Positions 29,291 through 43,139 of a stretch of DNA of 64,000 bases are shown piece by piece. The notes beneath the pieces are model-generated. The model had not been told where the DNA came from. It did no database searches and saw only the letters and a program-made list of their open reading frames with translations. This stretch comes from Tubiluchus corallicola (lineage: Eukaryota > Animalia > Priapulida): contig JAQGDQ010000143.1 of the NCBI GenBank assembly GCA_030141605.1, positions 434,001-498,000 on the forward strand. Reading direction: 5' to 3'. The position numbers and the translations under genes are program-made. Every line of letters starts with the position of its first letter. The first letter of the stretch is position 1.

Positions 29291-31649
29291 TCTCGCCTTC
29301 AGTTTACTTAACTAAACTGTATGAAATGCACATGTTTCCATTTGAGCAATTACTAACATCGAAATGATAAGAACACAGTAGTTCTATGTCTCTCAAATTT
29401 TTATGTTCGTTTCGAATGTGCTCTTGAAAGTAAGTCAATACGCAGATACAAAAGCTTGTAAAACTAAAATTTTAAAGTGGTTGACATCTGTTGAACTGTA
29501 ACATTGCTTTTACTGTTGAGAATACCAGATATACCAACTTTTTTGTCTAACTATGCATTTTAAAGTGATTTTGAGTGTTTGAACCGTGTATGCTGAGACA
29601 GCTGGCTCTTGCAGAGAGAATCACAACAAAATCGACATTAAGGTGACAAAATTCATGGGGTAAAATACAGAAAGTTACACATACATTAGCTGGACTATCT
29701 TGTTTAACAATTTGTTGTATAATTTGTACTGTACGTTTTGGTAATATTTACTTTGTTAAATTTTTGCAGGTCACGAATTGTTCAAGACTAGATTAGAAAG
29801 CTACGACCTAAGGTTAGTCGTTTTCACCTAGTGCTTTTTTCAACTTGTGGATCAATGTTACTAGTGGCGTAGTACAGCAAAAGTGTCATGATTGTTATGT
29901 TTATATGATTTGTGATTTGTATTGATTACAAACAATAGAAGCCTAACGATATTGTGACAATAAAATAAGTGCTTGTTTCATGCTTGCCGTGACTTAGACC
30001 GCAAAAAATCACTCAATTTCATTGTACTGTTTTAATTTAACTAATGAAGCATGAGATAACATGGTGTTTTTTATTCACGTAATCATTTCAGTCACAACCG
30101 GCGGGGGTCTTTAGCTATGTACATGGGAACATGGCTTCATGTACTGAAACACTGCAAAAAGCTTTTTCAAAAACCCAACTTTTTTGTAAACATATATATT
30201 TTTAGAAAAATGAAATGCTGCTTTATGTTGGCGTTATACAGAGCTCATTGAATTTAAGGAAAGTTAAATGTCTCTCGCTTGGTAAACAATCTTCTGGTGA
30301 TGATCGGTACTTCATCACGGTGAAAGCTAGACCACTGTCAAGTTGGAATGTCCAGTCTCTTTCATGTTTGAAAAGTTGGTAAAAATCAGTTATCACAAAG
30401 AAATATATGAAATATCCATAGGCATTTCTAAATCATACCCGTGCAAAGATAATTACTGAAACTTTAGAGATTTTGGTGTATTGTGACAACATTTGTAGGG
30501 AGCCTAAGGGCTATGACAGCGTTCACACAAAAACACACCTTAGTTAGCGCCGGAATACCTTTTAGGTTTCGAACTTGTCTAGATTATAAGCCCGGCATTG
30601 CACCTTTAACACCTTCAATACACCCGAAGACAGGTTACGGCTGAAATATTACGGTGCACATCTTACGTTTCGCTGGAAGAATTCACATAAAAATTTTAAC
30701 AGTTCTTTGTATAAGACAAAATAAGTTCGTTAGTCTAGTTTAATTCTGGTTTAGAGGTGTTGAATCCACACTTTTACTATAGGTTGATTTTCCAACGGAT
30801 GAATCTCACATTTGTAGTTGTATTTTTAACTTACAGTTTAAATTTTTTACTACTTACTACTTTATCGTGTTTATTTTTTTATGGTTACGAAAAAGGCCTC
30901 TGTGTAGAGCACAGCGAAAAATACAGTTTAGTTTATTTCATTCACCAGCCTAATTTTTAATGATGGTGCAAAAAGGCAATTAATTAAATCTTTTGATACC
31001 GAGCTAGAAAGACAAAAAATGTGAAAAAGTTCAGGAGTACAGCCTGTACATGAAATAGTATCAAGGGTCAAACTTTAGACGGCCTTGATCACTAGGGAAT
31101 ACAGTGACTTGATGGTCTAAGGCGTCTATCTCTAAGCGGAAGATTCCTGGTTCAATTCCAAACTGTTTTCCAACTTTTCCACATTGCCTGTCTTTTCATG
31201 AATAGATTTAGCTTCCCGGTTGACAAAAGACACTCGTCCTATTGTTGCATTAGCAAAGACAAAAGGTACAAAAGCGAAATTAAAGCAGAAAGTGCATTGA
31301 ATTAGACAATAAGCGAGAAAAAGAGAGAGAGAAAGGAGAGAGAGGAGAGACAAAGGAGAGAGAGGAGAGATAAACTATACTATAATTTTAGGTGACATGA
31401 AATTCTCGATTTCTAAATCTTTTAGGTCTGACCATATCTGCTCTGACTTCGTAAGACTAGTTCACAAACTCGGGTTTCGTAACAAAGAGATAACAGATTG
31501 TTTAGCGCAGGCCCACGGAATTATTGTAAGCGTAAAAACGTTAAAAGGATAACAAAAAAACTTGGATTGTTTCGAAGGCGGTCGCAAAGTGATGTTACTG
31601 ACGTCATGCTATTTACTTACAAGTAGATAAAATGGGAAACACCCTATAT

Positions 31650-32010
31650 CCGCCTTCTCCATAAAATTTCATGGAAATCTGTTAGGTTGTTTTTGCGTAA
31701 TAGGGTTACTACTATAACCGACAAAAACAACCAAACAAAGTTTCAAAGAGACTTTTACAAATTTGTGTCTTTTATTAATTTAAAAGAGTTAATACTGCCA
31801 TCTTTCACATGTTAGTCCAACCACCGCAAATTCATTAATCTCTAAAATAAGAACCCCATGGTCGTACGTTGCCCTCGCATTTGGCTTGTTGTCATTAGTT
31901 TTTTATGTAATTACTGTATTCAATGTGTGCGAAGTAAATGATCTATATCTGTATTTAAAGAAGAAACAAACTGTGTTGAATCATAATTTCCTTGGCAGAA
32001 GTAAAAATAA
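31650..32010 (-). mobile_element. Relic of a non-autonomous Helitron/Helentron-like element
   Basis: It contains AAATTTCATGGAAATCTGTT...TTTTTGCGTAAT...AACAACCAAACAAA and ends CATAATTTCCTTGGCAGAAGTAA. A related terminus, CGCCAAGGAGGTTAT, is at 26114-26128. The family assignment is from memory of similar animal repeats. Confidence 0.4.
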
Positions 32011-32031
32011 TCAAAATAATTATCTCCCACA

Positions 32032-32101
32032 GTAACCCTAACCCTTGACTCATATTTTACTAAGTGTGCCATTTTTTCCTGTGCTATTTTTACCTACATT
32101 C
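32032..32101 (-). mobile_element. Isolated terminal arm of the GGCACAGG foldback family with a short TAACCC repeat
   Basis: It ends GTGCTATTTTTACCTACATTC, the near reverse complement of the 10886 terminus. It shares ACTAAGTGTGCCATTTTT with ~26213. Confidence 0.65.
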
Positions 32102-33114
32102 AGTGAGGGAACAAAAGCTGGTGACAAGTACACAAGTTCATATTGAATAACGGCCTGTAAACCAAATCGACTCTTTTCAGAGCTAGCAAAATACATGTAT
32201 ACACAAAAAATTTCAAATTCGCAATTTTGCTTTACTTTAACTACTTTTTATATAGGTGTAGTTCGATTAATGAATAATATCTATGTGATAAAAAATATTT
32301 GTAGGCAACCTGTCACAAGTGGGGTTTGTTATATAGTACATAGTCAAAACAGGCACTCTTGTTCTCTTGGGCTGATTACCCCGCACAAATAAGTGTTTAA
32401 ATTTTGCCATCCGATTGTAAAATAACCTGATTTTTTATAATCGGATACCATGGCCCTAATACGCTTTCGTAAAATTGAAAGGTACAGCACCTGTTTTCAT
32501 TGTGCAATTTCCGAAATGCAGGCGCTAGTGTCCGTCTATCTAGTCAATGGCGAAATGCATGCAACAGCAAAGAACTAGTGGTGCAAACGTGAAGTTCTGT
32601 TTGTGTTGCAATAATTCTTTCACGCAAGTCATTCTTGAAAAAAAAATAGTATGTTTCCTTTCACTATTTTAAAGAGTAGATTGTTTTGGTCTACAGTTTA
32701 AGATTGGCTTCGGTTTTGCTTTAAGCATTTCCAACACGGGAAATCATCGCCACTTTTATTGCCCACAATATGGCGATTACTCCATATTTATTCAGCCTAC
32801 CTTATGTTTGCTGACTAGCGCTAACACTTGTCATTAGTTATGCGCAATATCGACCTAGCTGGTTGACAATGCAATCTAAAAAATATTAAATTACCTTGGT
32901 ACATACGTTAGCGCAAAGCTGAATCATTTGAACAGGCGGTTTTAAATTATAAATGCTATTAAAATAGTCGCAAGAGAAGATTATGCATTGTTCAATATTA
33001 CATGTGCTTTCAAGATCAGCTTTCACGACAATTCATAGGTCAAGGATACCAACTGTCATTTTTGTATGCATGTCGTTGAAAATAAAGAAAAATGCAAGCG
33101 AGTAAAATAAAGAA

Positions 33115-33430
33115 AATCCATTTTTCATTCGTCTATTGTTTCATTTGTCTTGCCTTTTAATTTTTTACTCTTTCCTTTTCGTATTTCTTCCTTTTCTTTC
33201 TCTCTGCCTTTATTTATTTATTTAATTTTCGTTTACTGTTTCGTTCATTCGGTCATTCGGTCATTCGTCTTTTCTTTCGTTCGCTCCTTCGTTTCTTCGT
33301 TCCTTCGTTCGTTTGTTCCTTCGTTCGTTCATTTGTCCGCTTATCTATTCATTATTTTGCTCATTTATTTCATTTTTGTTTATTCACTGGTTCTTTCTGG
33401 GTAATTTCTTTTTCTCCTTCTTGTCTGTCA

Positions 33431-33502
<72 letters not shown>

Positions 33503-33570
33503 CCTTTCTATTTGTTCAATAGCTAACTTTTCGTTCAATTACTCGAGCACTCATTTATTCATTTGTTCAT
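33115..33570. repeat. Pyrimidine-rich compound repeat (TTCG/TTCA/TTTA) with a (CT)n core at ~33433-33498
   Basis: Directly visible. Confidence 0.85.
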
Positions 33571-34519
33571 TTGGCGCAATCACACACAAAAATTGTGCAC
33601 ATTTATTAATATTGCACAAGATTTCACTGAAGTTGAGCATTTGTACTTCAAGGCTCGGTATCACTGCAATTATTGAAGTAACAGAAATCTGACAGCAGAA
33701 CCCTACCTATTTTCATACCGGAATATATTCTATTAGGCCTACTATAATTTATTCTTGAAAGAGTTTTGGTAGGTTAGGTTCGGCTACTTCAAAACCGATC
33801 ATGAATTTTGCTTAAAACTGATTGTGCATAAAGCGTTTCATCTGAGCCTTCTAAGAATTGAAAAGCTTTTTAACAATTTCTCATTTCTCCGTTAATACAT
33901 GCAACTAAACTTTTAGTGTAAAAGGATAACGATAAAAGATTAAAGATATATATATATGCCTAACCGTGGCTGATAGAGACGTGTTTTTAAAGAGAGCAAC
34001 TAACCAGTCCACAGACGCATTTGATTGCAACTAATATGATTGTGCTGAAGCTAAAACATTGATCACCTAGTATACCATCCATCCAGTATTCGAATATTTT
34101 CTTTTCTGTAGATGATATTTTAAAGGTCAACTAATCTTTTTTGCACAATTTGCCAGTTATAACCCACTTCAACTTAGGTCGTTAAAATTGCTCCGCGGGT
34201 CCTTCAAAAATCATGTGAAAGACACAGTCAGTGAGACCACGTCTTAAATTAATAGCTCTCATGGCAACGGGAAAAGTTGAAACGGAAACGTTCCACTTCA
34301 GAATGATGCCACGGCATAAAGCAAGAAAAATGGATGAGCGAAATTTCATAAGCTCGACAAGAAGAAAATCTTGACCTTGAGGGGAACAATCTAGCAAAAT
34401 ATTTCAAAACAATTTAGCCTAAACTTAGACGGGAATTGAATGTTTCAAATACAAACAAAATTTTTTGTCGTCTGACATGAAGTTTAGTTCAGTGACTCAA
34501 TAGTTTAGTTTTATGTGCT

Positions 34520-34586
34520 GAGTGGTCACCCGTGTGCCTACGAAGTTAAGCAATGCTGGGATTAGTTGGTAAATGTATGGGTAACG
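34520..34586 (+). pseudogene. 5S rRNA-derived relic (5S pseudogene or SINE3 head)
   Basis: GAAGTTAAGCAATGCTGGGATTAGTTGGTAAATGTATGGGTAAC aligns without gaps to the animal 5S internal control region GAAGTTAAGCAGGGTCGGGCCTGGTTAGTACTTGGATGGGAGAC, recalled from memory. Confidence 0.5.
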
Positions 34587-35869
34587 TTGAAAAACTGTTT
34601 CAGGGTGATTCTAGCTAGCTACTGTTGAATAATGGTTAAGCCACATTCTGCCTAGATCAAAGTCTTCTCTAAGAGGATTATCCTAGGTAATGAAAATAAG
34701 GTAGGCTTCTCTCGCCACTGCTATTCAAAATTATTGGCAAAATGAGTGCGGGTTCGAACATCTGTACGTCGAATTGCATGCTAAAAACGGTCTCATTATT
34801 AAGACAAATTTGACGTGTCGGCATTTTAACGTTTGTCAGTTTTATAATTGTGTGACACCTTTTATATGACAAAGCGAAAAAGGAAAATTCTTAATTAATA
34901 TTATTAATTATTATACATTAAGACTATGTAAACGAAGAAATATGTCACCATTTCGTACTGTTCTAGATCCAGCAATCGTGTCATAACAGTTGTTTATGAT
35001 TCAGGTTTTCACTTTGTAATAAATTTGTATTTTTACTTTCTTCAGTTTTTAAATTGACTTCAATTTCTTGAAATCGTTTGCCTCAGTTCCTTTCCGCCAC
35101 CACGTACATTCAAAATTACTCTAAAAAATCGATGTAATTTTAGTCAAATTTAAATTTAGCAACACCTTTAAACTAACAGTAGAATCTAAGAACAGATCTT
35201 GTGACTGCGCACAAAAAATCTGACCAAAAGTCTGTCCAATGCGTACATTGTCACATCCATATTATTTTTTTCACTACACTATATATTGTATAGGTTATAT
35301 AAATATTTCTATAAATTATATTAACTAATTCTTTAGTATAGTCTAGCTTAGCGCATTCCTTGCACTGACTTTAGTGTTATAAAAACTTTTTGGAACTAAG
35401 AAATAACGTTTAGCATTTATTTTTCGTGTTTACGTATGCATTAGTAAAAAAATGAAATGTATTTTAGTAAAAATAAAAAAACTTTTGGCGTTTGAAGGAA
35501 ATTGACCGATAGATATTGGACTTATGCTAAATATTTCGATTATTAATCTTTTTTATTTTCATTTTCGCCTTCTTTTGATGATTACAATTGATGTAACTTT
35601 CTGGATTCTAATGTAAGAAGCGCAAAACAGGAAACCAAATGGCAGTCTTTTGTTCTTCCGTTGCATGAGCGCCATTATTTTCAACCACGCAGTTCCTCGA
35701 CAACTGGCGATAAAAACAATGATACCTAATTGCAGTCAAGGTCGTAAAGGACGTTCTGTTACCTTAAAGTGTTTACATTTCCAGTTATCGACAATTTTAC
35801 CTTGAGAAAGTAACTTCCTGATGATGTCAAGAGACAATCCTTGAGAATATTAAAATTACTGCGGCTTGT

Positions 35870-36210
35870 TGTCCGGTTTGGACAGTTGCAGTTAGTTTAT
35901 CAGTTTGGTGAAATTGTTGTGGTGTCTCCATCCATCTGTTACTTGTTTATTTAGCTGTTTGCTTATTTGATTGCTTGTTTGTTTGAAACCTGACTGAGTG
36001 GTTTGTCAGTTGGCCGGTCGGTCGATCGGTCTGTCGGTTGGTTGGTTGATTGGTTGACTGTTTTTTTTTTGCTTACTTGCATGCTAATTTGTTAGATCAT
36101 ATGCTTGTTTAAATGCGTGACTGGTCAACAAGTTAGTTATCTACTTGGTTGATTGGTTGGTTAGCTGTCACTTTTCAGGTTAGTCAATCGACCATTGCAG
36201 GTTTGTTAGT
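35870..36210. repeat. Decayed (GGTT/GTTT/GGTC)n tetranucleotide region
   Basis: Directly visible. Confidence 0.7.
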
Positions 36211-38317
36211 TAAACATTGCCTATCAAATAACTAGTCTTTCGTCTGAAGCCTTGCTGGTGAATTTTTGCTGGCATATTTTATTAGAAGTTGGTTGTTAGA
36301 TTAACCTTGTAACCAGCAGGTAAATGTTTTTTGTTCAGCTAGCTGCTTCTTAATTGTTATACATATTTGTTATACTTAGCAGTAGCATTTCATAATTTAA
36401 AAGACAGACCGAAGTTTGCATTGAGATCCTTTCAAAGCCGCATTTCGTAGATGGATTTCAGTTTATAGGCTTTTCAAGAGTGATAAATCACAACTAGGTT
36501 GAAACTACTTACACAACACTTAATTTCGTCACTGGCAAATATTAAAAAGATTTTGCAGATGGAACTATGCAATGTTCCTTAGCCTGCAAAAACTTAATCT
36601 CCTTCAATTGATGTGATGCCGTCTTTGGAACAAATTGCTTTTCCATTTGAAGCAATGCATCGTCGTTTGTGTAACGGAATCAAATACGGTGAATGGATAT
36701 TTAATTGGCAAAGCGCGTGGAGAATTAAATCGGGATGGTGTGGTAACCACATTTTAGGTACATGTAAAATTAAAACTAGTAAATCTTGAGTCACGGAGAT
36801 CACTACACATCAGTAGTCTGTAAGGGAACTTATTTTGTAGAATAAAATTCCTAGGCTATACAAAATTTCAGGACTTCCGAAGTGGGATTTGTTATCGAGA
36901 TTCTTTGAAGTATTGTTTAAAAGAAATTGGAAGACATCACATGTTCCTTCTTGTTTCAACAAAGTCCTTACCCGGACACGCACCTATTCTGTTTTGCAAC
37001 TTTTGTCTTGCTTTCATTCTTTTTAATACAATCACACAAGGGTAAATGAATTCTTGTATTAGGACCCAAAGACGCACAGTCGATGTTTGCGTGATCGAGA
37101 ATTACCGTGGCTTTAACATGGTGCATAAACGGGAGCTGAAACAAGTTCATTAAATGAGTGAAGAATTTGAAACTTGTTCATGGTTCCACATACCCTGAAA
37201 AAAATTATTAAAAGTAAATGAGAAACTTCATAGTTACTATGTAACCTTTTGCTTATCAAGCAATGAAATGATGAATATTCTAAAAGTGATTAAAGTATCA
37301 TAGTGAATGTACAAATTACTAATAGTTTTTGTATACACCATTACTTTCTTTTTCTAAAGTTTGTATCCTGCAGTTTCAAAATTTGATGTCAAGTCCAATT
37401 ACCGTTTCTTGTGACACATTTGTCATAAACTTTCTGTGATTTTTCGTGACATTTAGAATGTACTTTTAATCTTTTTTAAAATTTGTGTCATTTCTTGGCT
37501 TTATAAAGCTAGCTGATGAAATAGCTGATGAAATAAATAAGTCGCTAATACTGTGGAATAACTAACAATAATTTGCTCATTTTATCAGACAACTGAGATC
37601 TGAAACTAATATATGAAATTCCTGTTTGGCCTTGTTTGTCCCAGGTTAGTGCCCTGAATCCCTGCTTGGTTCCTTAATCCAATTTATAACACACAGAAGC
37701 TACTGGAAATTATATGATTTGAGGTCACAAGAGTCTGGTTTACACAGACAACTGATATTAACGCGAAATTAGACAAACAGCTTAAGAGTCTTTACAGTCC
37801 TATATTATCATGTATTGACATACAATGCTTGCGCTTTAGCTAATTAAATGTAATATGGTTGGGAAGAGAGACATTTTAGCAACGCATAACTGCCATGGTG
37901 CTGTAGTGTCACTCGGCGTACGATCATTCTGCCTTAGGAAATATTTGCATTGGGTTCGAAACCACGACTGGCACGTGTATACAGTTCTCAAGGAAAAGCA
38001 GCTAATCTGGCAGATATGAGTGTTAGTACTTTCTCAGTGCAGTTCAGTTACTCATGCAATTGTAGCTTTTACTAGAACTGAATAGAAAAATCAGCACTTA
38101 ACGTGATCTAGAATTATGTGATTTTGTTTATTATTTGTTTTTATACAAAAACACCATTACAGTTACATACACAGATATGTTACATACAATTGCACAAACT
38201 GAAAACAAAAATTACTACAAATACTTATTACGTGAGCAATTAATTAGTGAACAAATGATAGCTAGGTCACAGATAGCCCAACTGCAATGCGTGGTGCGTT
38301 GCTAGGTGTTACGGGAA

Positions 38318-39224
38318 CAAGGCTGGTAGTACGGTACGAAAGAAATGCCGTACTTCGTACCTTTATAAAATATCGTACCGTAATTGCGTGCCGTACTAGT
38401 ACGATAAAATATCGTACCGTTAATCAGTACCAAATTTCGTACGAAGGGCTTGTGGGATCTAGCATAAAAAGATAAATAGTTGCACAAAAATTATTTGTGA
38501 AAAGTTTATCAATTAGTTTTATAAAATTATGTGTACTATAAAAACAGAACTGTTGTTTGAACTTCCATATTATTTACATTTGTTTTAGGTTGCAAAAGTT
38601 ACGCGAAATTATGCATAATATTATTTTGAGTTACTTTGTCTTAATAAATAATTTTGTGGCAGACCCGACGAATTACGTTCGCAAACTAGCTTTTAATGGT
38701 TGTCTTAAATTACGTGCTCATTAGTGTTAAGCTGGTAACGTTTCGAATTTCTTTCTTTTGCAAAGCAAAGGTAAATATGGCACAGAAAAAAGTACATTCC
38801 TATAAAAATTTCAGAAAAAGCAGTTAGAGCAATTGTGTTACAGGAATAAGAGTCAAACAAGGTGAGCAATACCCAGTTTGTACAAGTACAACAATAAAGG
38901 TGAGGTAACTTATGGAAATAACAACCGGCGCTTCTGAACAACATCCCGCTTTAGCATCCAAAGCGAACCAATCTAGCTGTTTTGTTTGGGTGTGCCCTGA
39001 GAACAATAAGTCCCCCCCCCCCCCAAGAGGCAAAACAAGTCGTCCCAAGCGTTACAAGAAGCTGAGTAAAGTGATACAGAAAATGTACGATAAACATATG
39101 AATAGGTACGAAAAAATACTGTAATTTCGTATCGTATCGTACTATTGGGAAAAGACTGTGCCCTTATTTCGTACCGTACTTTTAAGAGTTTTTTTTCATA
39201 TACCGTACCGTACTGCCAGCTTTG
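38318..39224. mobile_element. 907 bp non-autonomous hAT-like DNA transposon with subterminal CGTAC repeats
   Basis: The TIRs are CAAGGCTGGTAGTACGGTACG and (reverse complement) CAAAGCTGGCAGTACGGTACG, matching at 19/21. GTACG/CGTAC clusters lie at both ends. The flanks TACGGGAA and TAGAGAAA match at 5/8, a possible decayed 8 bp TSD. Confidence 0.8.
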
Positions 39225-40434
39225 TAGAGAAAAGATAAAAGAGATGCGTAATGAAAAAGGAACGACATGACGGTGAGAGGCAGCCAACGTGGTTCGTGCA
39301 ATATCGAAAGAAAAGCCGAAGATCAAATCCACCTAATATGTGTTTAAGAGATATGTTTTCATCTCCTTCTTAAATTTGGGTAAGGATAACACTGGTCTGT
39401 AATTACAAAAATTAGAATTACATACATTGGGACATACAAAAGAAATAAAATATTTAGAAAAGTTGGTTCTGGAAATAACTGAGATAATATTCAATACACC
39501 TAGTATTACGGTGTTTGATATTTTTGTTTATAGGATCCATGAAAAATTGCAGAAACAAATTAAAGTTGTTTTTTGTGCATGAATACCGCAATATTGTACT
39601 TAACAAGATTACCAATTGTAAATTGTTTACTATCTTTAAAGTATTGCTTAGAATTGTAGAAAACTTAGAAAGATTTTAAAAAATTACGCAAGAATTTTAG
39701 ATTTGGCAGATAAGTGAGCCCCAAAAATTTAAGCAGCCTCCAAGAATACATTATCTCATTGTACCTCTTTATAATACAAAAGTGGAATTTTACTTCACTT
39801 CTACATAGCCTCAATAACTATAAAGTGGGTAATACTTATATTCTGAAATAATTGTAATATAAAGACTGCCTATTGTTTTTATCAGTCATCGAAAAGGGAT
39901 CGTAGTTTGCCAATAGAGAATTTAACTTTTATTAGACTTGTACGAACCGAGAATCAAGTGAATAAGGTCCGTTGCCTGACCCTAGATAACGTTAATATTT
40001 TAAGACTTTCGTGGAGCTCAAAAGCACATAAAATAAACGCGAAACATTTTATTCCTGATATCCATTATACCAAGATTTCCACGATTCGAGAGGTGTAATA
40101 TGATAAGTTATCACTTTATTCGTGTCGGAACTGGTGCTGACAAACCATTGGCATGGCAGTGACTACCTTTTTGCTTGATTAGCTGTTGTGTTTTCTTGTC
40201 GTGAAGGCGAATTTCTTTTATTTTAGAGATATGCCTGGCCAAAGTCTGTAGCAGACATAAGACATATGACAAGGATGACGATCACTTAACGAATATTGCT
40301 CATCACCAGCTGCTCATTTCCAATCTTTAACCATTGATATTTTAAAGGTGTTTCAATGATCCTGTAGATGAGAGAGAAGCTGAAGACTTGGTCTTTCTTG
40401 TAAAATCTCAACAATTCAGAAGTCTAAACTCCTA

Positions 40435-40545
40435 GGACCCAGTTTTACAAAGCCGTCACTAAGTTAACGACATCGTTATTAATAGGCCTAACTAATGTAC
40501 TAACGACCTTTGCTAACTAAGTGACGTCTTTGTGCAACCAGCCCA
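40435..40545. mobile_element. ~110 bp palindromic MITE, PIF/Harbinger-like
   Basis: The left end GGACCCAGTTTTACAAAGCCGTCACTAAGTTAAC aligns with the reverse complement of the right end, TGGGCTGGTTGCACAAAGACGTCACTTAGTTAGC. The flanks are CTA and TAA. Confidence 0.65.
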
Positions 40546-41347
40546 TAACGTTTCTAGTACATCACTTTTGTCTCCACTCTTGTAAGTTCGAGGTGTTATG
40601 GCTACCGTTAGTATTTTCATTTGGGGACAGCCGAAGTTCTTAACACAAACTGAGTAGTTCTTAATGGTTTTGTATAAACGTTTTTACAACATTTTTGATT
40701 CCAAAATGTGACTGGAATACGCAATAGATCATAAAGAACGTATAGCCATTGTAGAGGGTATTATAACATCCCCTCAGTACTTGGTCAAATGGACAGTACG
40801 ATATGGCTTGTAATATATGAACTATTCACAATGTCAATGGCAGTGCAAACAATAAGCCTCCTAGCATACTTCACAAACACCATGCAGAAAGTCTCCATTA
40901 AACAGTTTTCTTCGAGGCTTCCCAGTCCGAAAGTTGTCTGAGTTTGCTAAGCATTGTGGGATTTGTGTATCATGTTACTCATGTATCATTACTCATACTA
41001 AAGCCACGGTTATTAGCACATAGCCTGCCTAGTTTAGAAAGCAGATATGCGGTGGTCAGAAAACAGCAGCAAAGCTTTACTATTGCAACCACTAATGCTT
41101 ATGAACACGACTAAACTAACATGCTAATGTATTACACTTTGATCCTGCAGTCAGAGAATAGGTTTTTGATTTGTCAAGAACCAATTCTGTTTCATAGTTG
41201 CATATTTTTAAGACATTTACAAAGGTGTCCTAAGTCGCACCTAGGGTATGCCCTAGGATGTATTCCTAGGGTTTCCATATATACATCCATTATATCCTAG
41301 GGTTTCTAAAGGATTTCTTTAACTCTAGGTTTGAGACCGCTTCTAGG

Positions 41348-41650
41348 TGTGATATAAAGATTAGAGATTAAAATAAATTGTGTTTAAGTTGAAAATAATG
41401 GAAACTGATGACTGTTATCTTTGATGTTAAAATTCTTGCTAAAGCAGTTCAACTTTGTTAAGCGAAAATGTAAGAACTTCGGGTCTATTCAATGTTAAAC
41501 AAGAGATGCGTTTACTGTAACTAGGGACTCTGTTAGTAAGTGTGTAAGAAATCTCTTGAGCTTGCTTGTTTAATAAAACCTGACTTGAGGAAAGATTCTA
41601 CGTATTTCGGGTGTGAGGCCTCTAGAGTCTCTCTACACATATTTGTAACA
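41348..41650 (+). mobile_element. Possible solo LTR
   Basis: It starts TGTGATA, ends TGTAACA, spans ~300 bp and has AATAAA about 80 bp before the end. No TSD is recognisable. Confidence 0.25.
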
Positions 41651-42249
41651 TTGTGAAGAAAGCGAGGCATATATCCGCGCCATGAATGCTGCGTTCACAA
41701 GTTTCTAAAAAATGGTTTCTGTTAGCAATCGAGCAGCTCTACGGCAGCAGCAGCACAAGAAGAAGAGCACTATGGGTGAAAATTTGGCTTAACCTGAATG
41801 GCACGCGATATGAATTGATGTCACTTTAAGTCAATGAGAGACCGAAATTTCAGAAGCAACAAGAAAGAAGATATTATTACAGTAAAAAAGAAATGAATCA
41901 AGTCCCAATCAGTCTTATTATAATAAAAGCTGTGCTAGATAAAACTCCAGGTAACCGGGATCGAGATAGGCAAAGAGTCAAAAGAAATACATCAACAGTA
42001 CCTTCATCAAATTTACAGTAAAACACAGGTTCAATAAAATATTACTTCCATGAGTAATACCACCAGTTGCAATGGGTAAGTTGAGCGTCAAGTACGGGGA
42101 AGCTGTAAGCGGTGAGCAATAAAAGCAAAACCGATGATGCGAGCGTATGCATATCTGTGAACATAATGAAGGCACTGAAAACCATGGATTTTTGGTGAAT
42201 GCGACATCAAAGAACTGCATCAATGTTAGAGAAGTGCGCTTCTACTAGT

Positions 42250-43090
42250 ATTTTTTTATTTTTATTTTTTATTCAACCCATATCACAATTTTAAAATATT
42301 ATACTTGTAATTGCATTTGTGGTTTACATAGAGATGTGGGCTGGGAAAACCATACAAGGCAAAAACGCCGCAAAACTTACGGGCCACCCATAAATACTGT
42401 AGTATAAAAAATATACATGTAGTTTGATCGATGATGACAAGTAGAGATGAACAATAAGTGATAATCAGTGAACAATTTATCATACAAGATATATATATTA
42501 TAATTATTATATTACAGCATTTGATTTTACCGATGATTGAAGTATAAATATGCAATATCAGATGTAAAATAATTATACAGCAATTTAATTAACGACGATA
42601 ATAATAACATTTATCAAGTATACAAACATCAGAATAAGTATTATGGAAAACAATGAACAAGGCAAGGTGAAGGATTTATAACCATGGGTTTGAACTTTAT
42701 CAGTTTGGAAGATTATTAACTAAAGAAAAAATGATATATAGGCCAAAGTACGGTTTGAAAATATTAAATGTAAGTTAGACGTAAAAAATTGCTAGTACAT
42801 GTATTTAACATAGGAAAAAGGGAAATGTTCAGTAAAAGTGTAAAAAGCACTCCTTGGGAACTCCTGTGACTGTTGCCTTTTTTTTTATTTGCGACATCAG
42901 CCACGACTTCAAATGATAGAAAATCTCTGGAATAGACGAAATGGCCGGGAATTGCACCCGGAATTAACATCCAACATCCGGTGATTCCAAGTGTTTTGCT
43001 AATCAAGACCTGATAGGCAGAAAATGCTAAGAAGGTCAAAATGCTAGAAAGCAATAACTTAAGTGTGGAAATGATTATTCCTTAGTTCAT
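42250..43090 (-). mobile_element. Degenerate L2/CR1-group LINE 3' remnant
   Basis: The minus strand gives 'FPHLSYCFLAF*' (cf. 'HPYL.YC..VWG') and 'NNLPN', then a TGGGTGG...CCCAGCCCA hairpin-like 3' UTR and an AATAAA/A-rich tail at 42250-42275. Confidence 0.55.
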
Positions 43091-43139
43091 CCAGCAAAAT
43101 CAGGAGTCTTTTTTCAAAGAGAAGCTATTGGGACCAAGA

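Noticed and set aside
30618-30660. Penelope/hammerhead-like CCGAAGA...GAAA
   Set aside because: The core box is mutated and the stems and cleavage triplet do not fall in register.
32033-32045. Telomeric TAACCC repeat
   Set aside because: There are only two units, and they are internal to a repeat arm.
36970-37195. Minus-strand exon-like segment with acceptor and donor signals
   Set aside because: All three frames contain stops, and no partner exon was identified.
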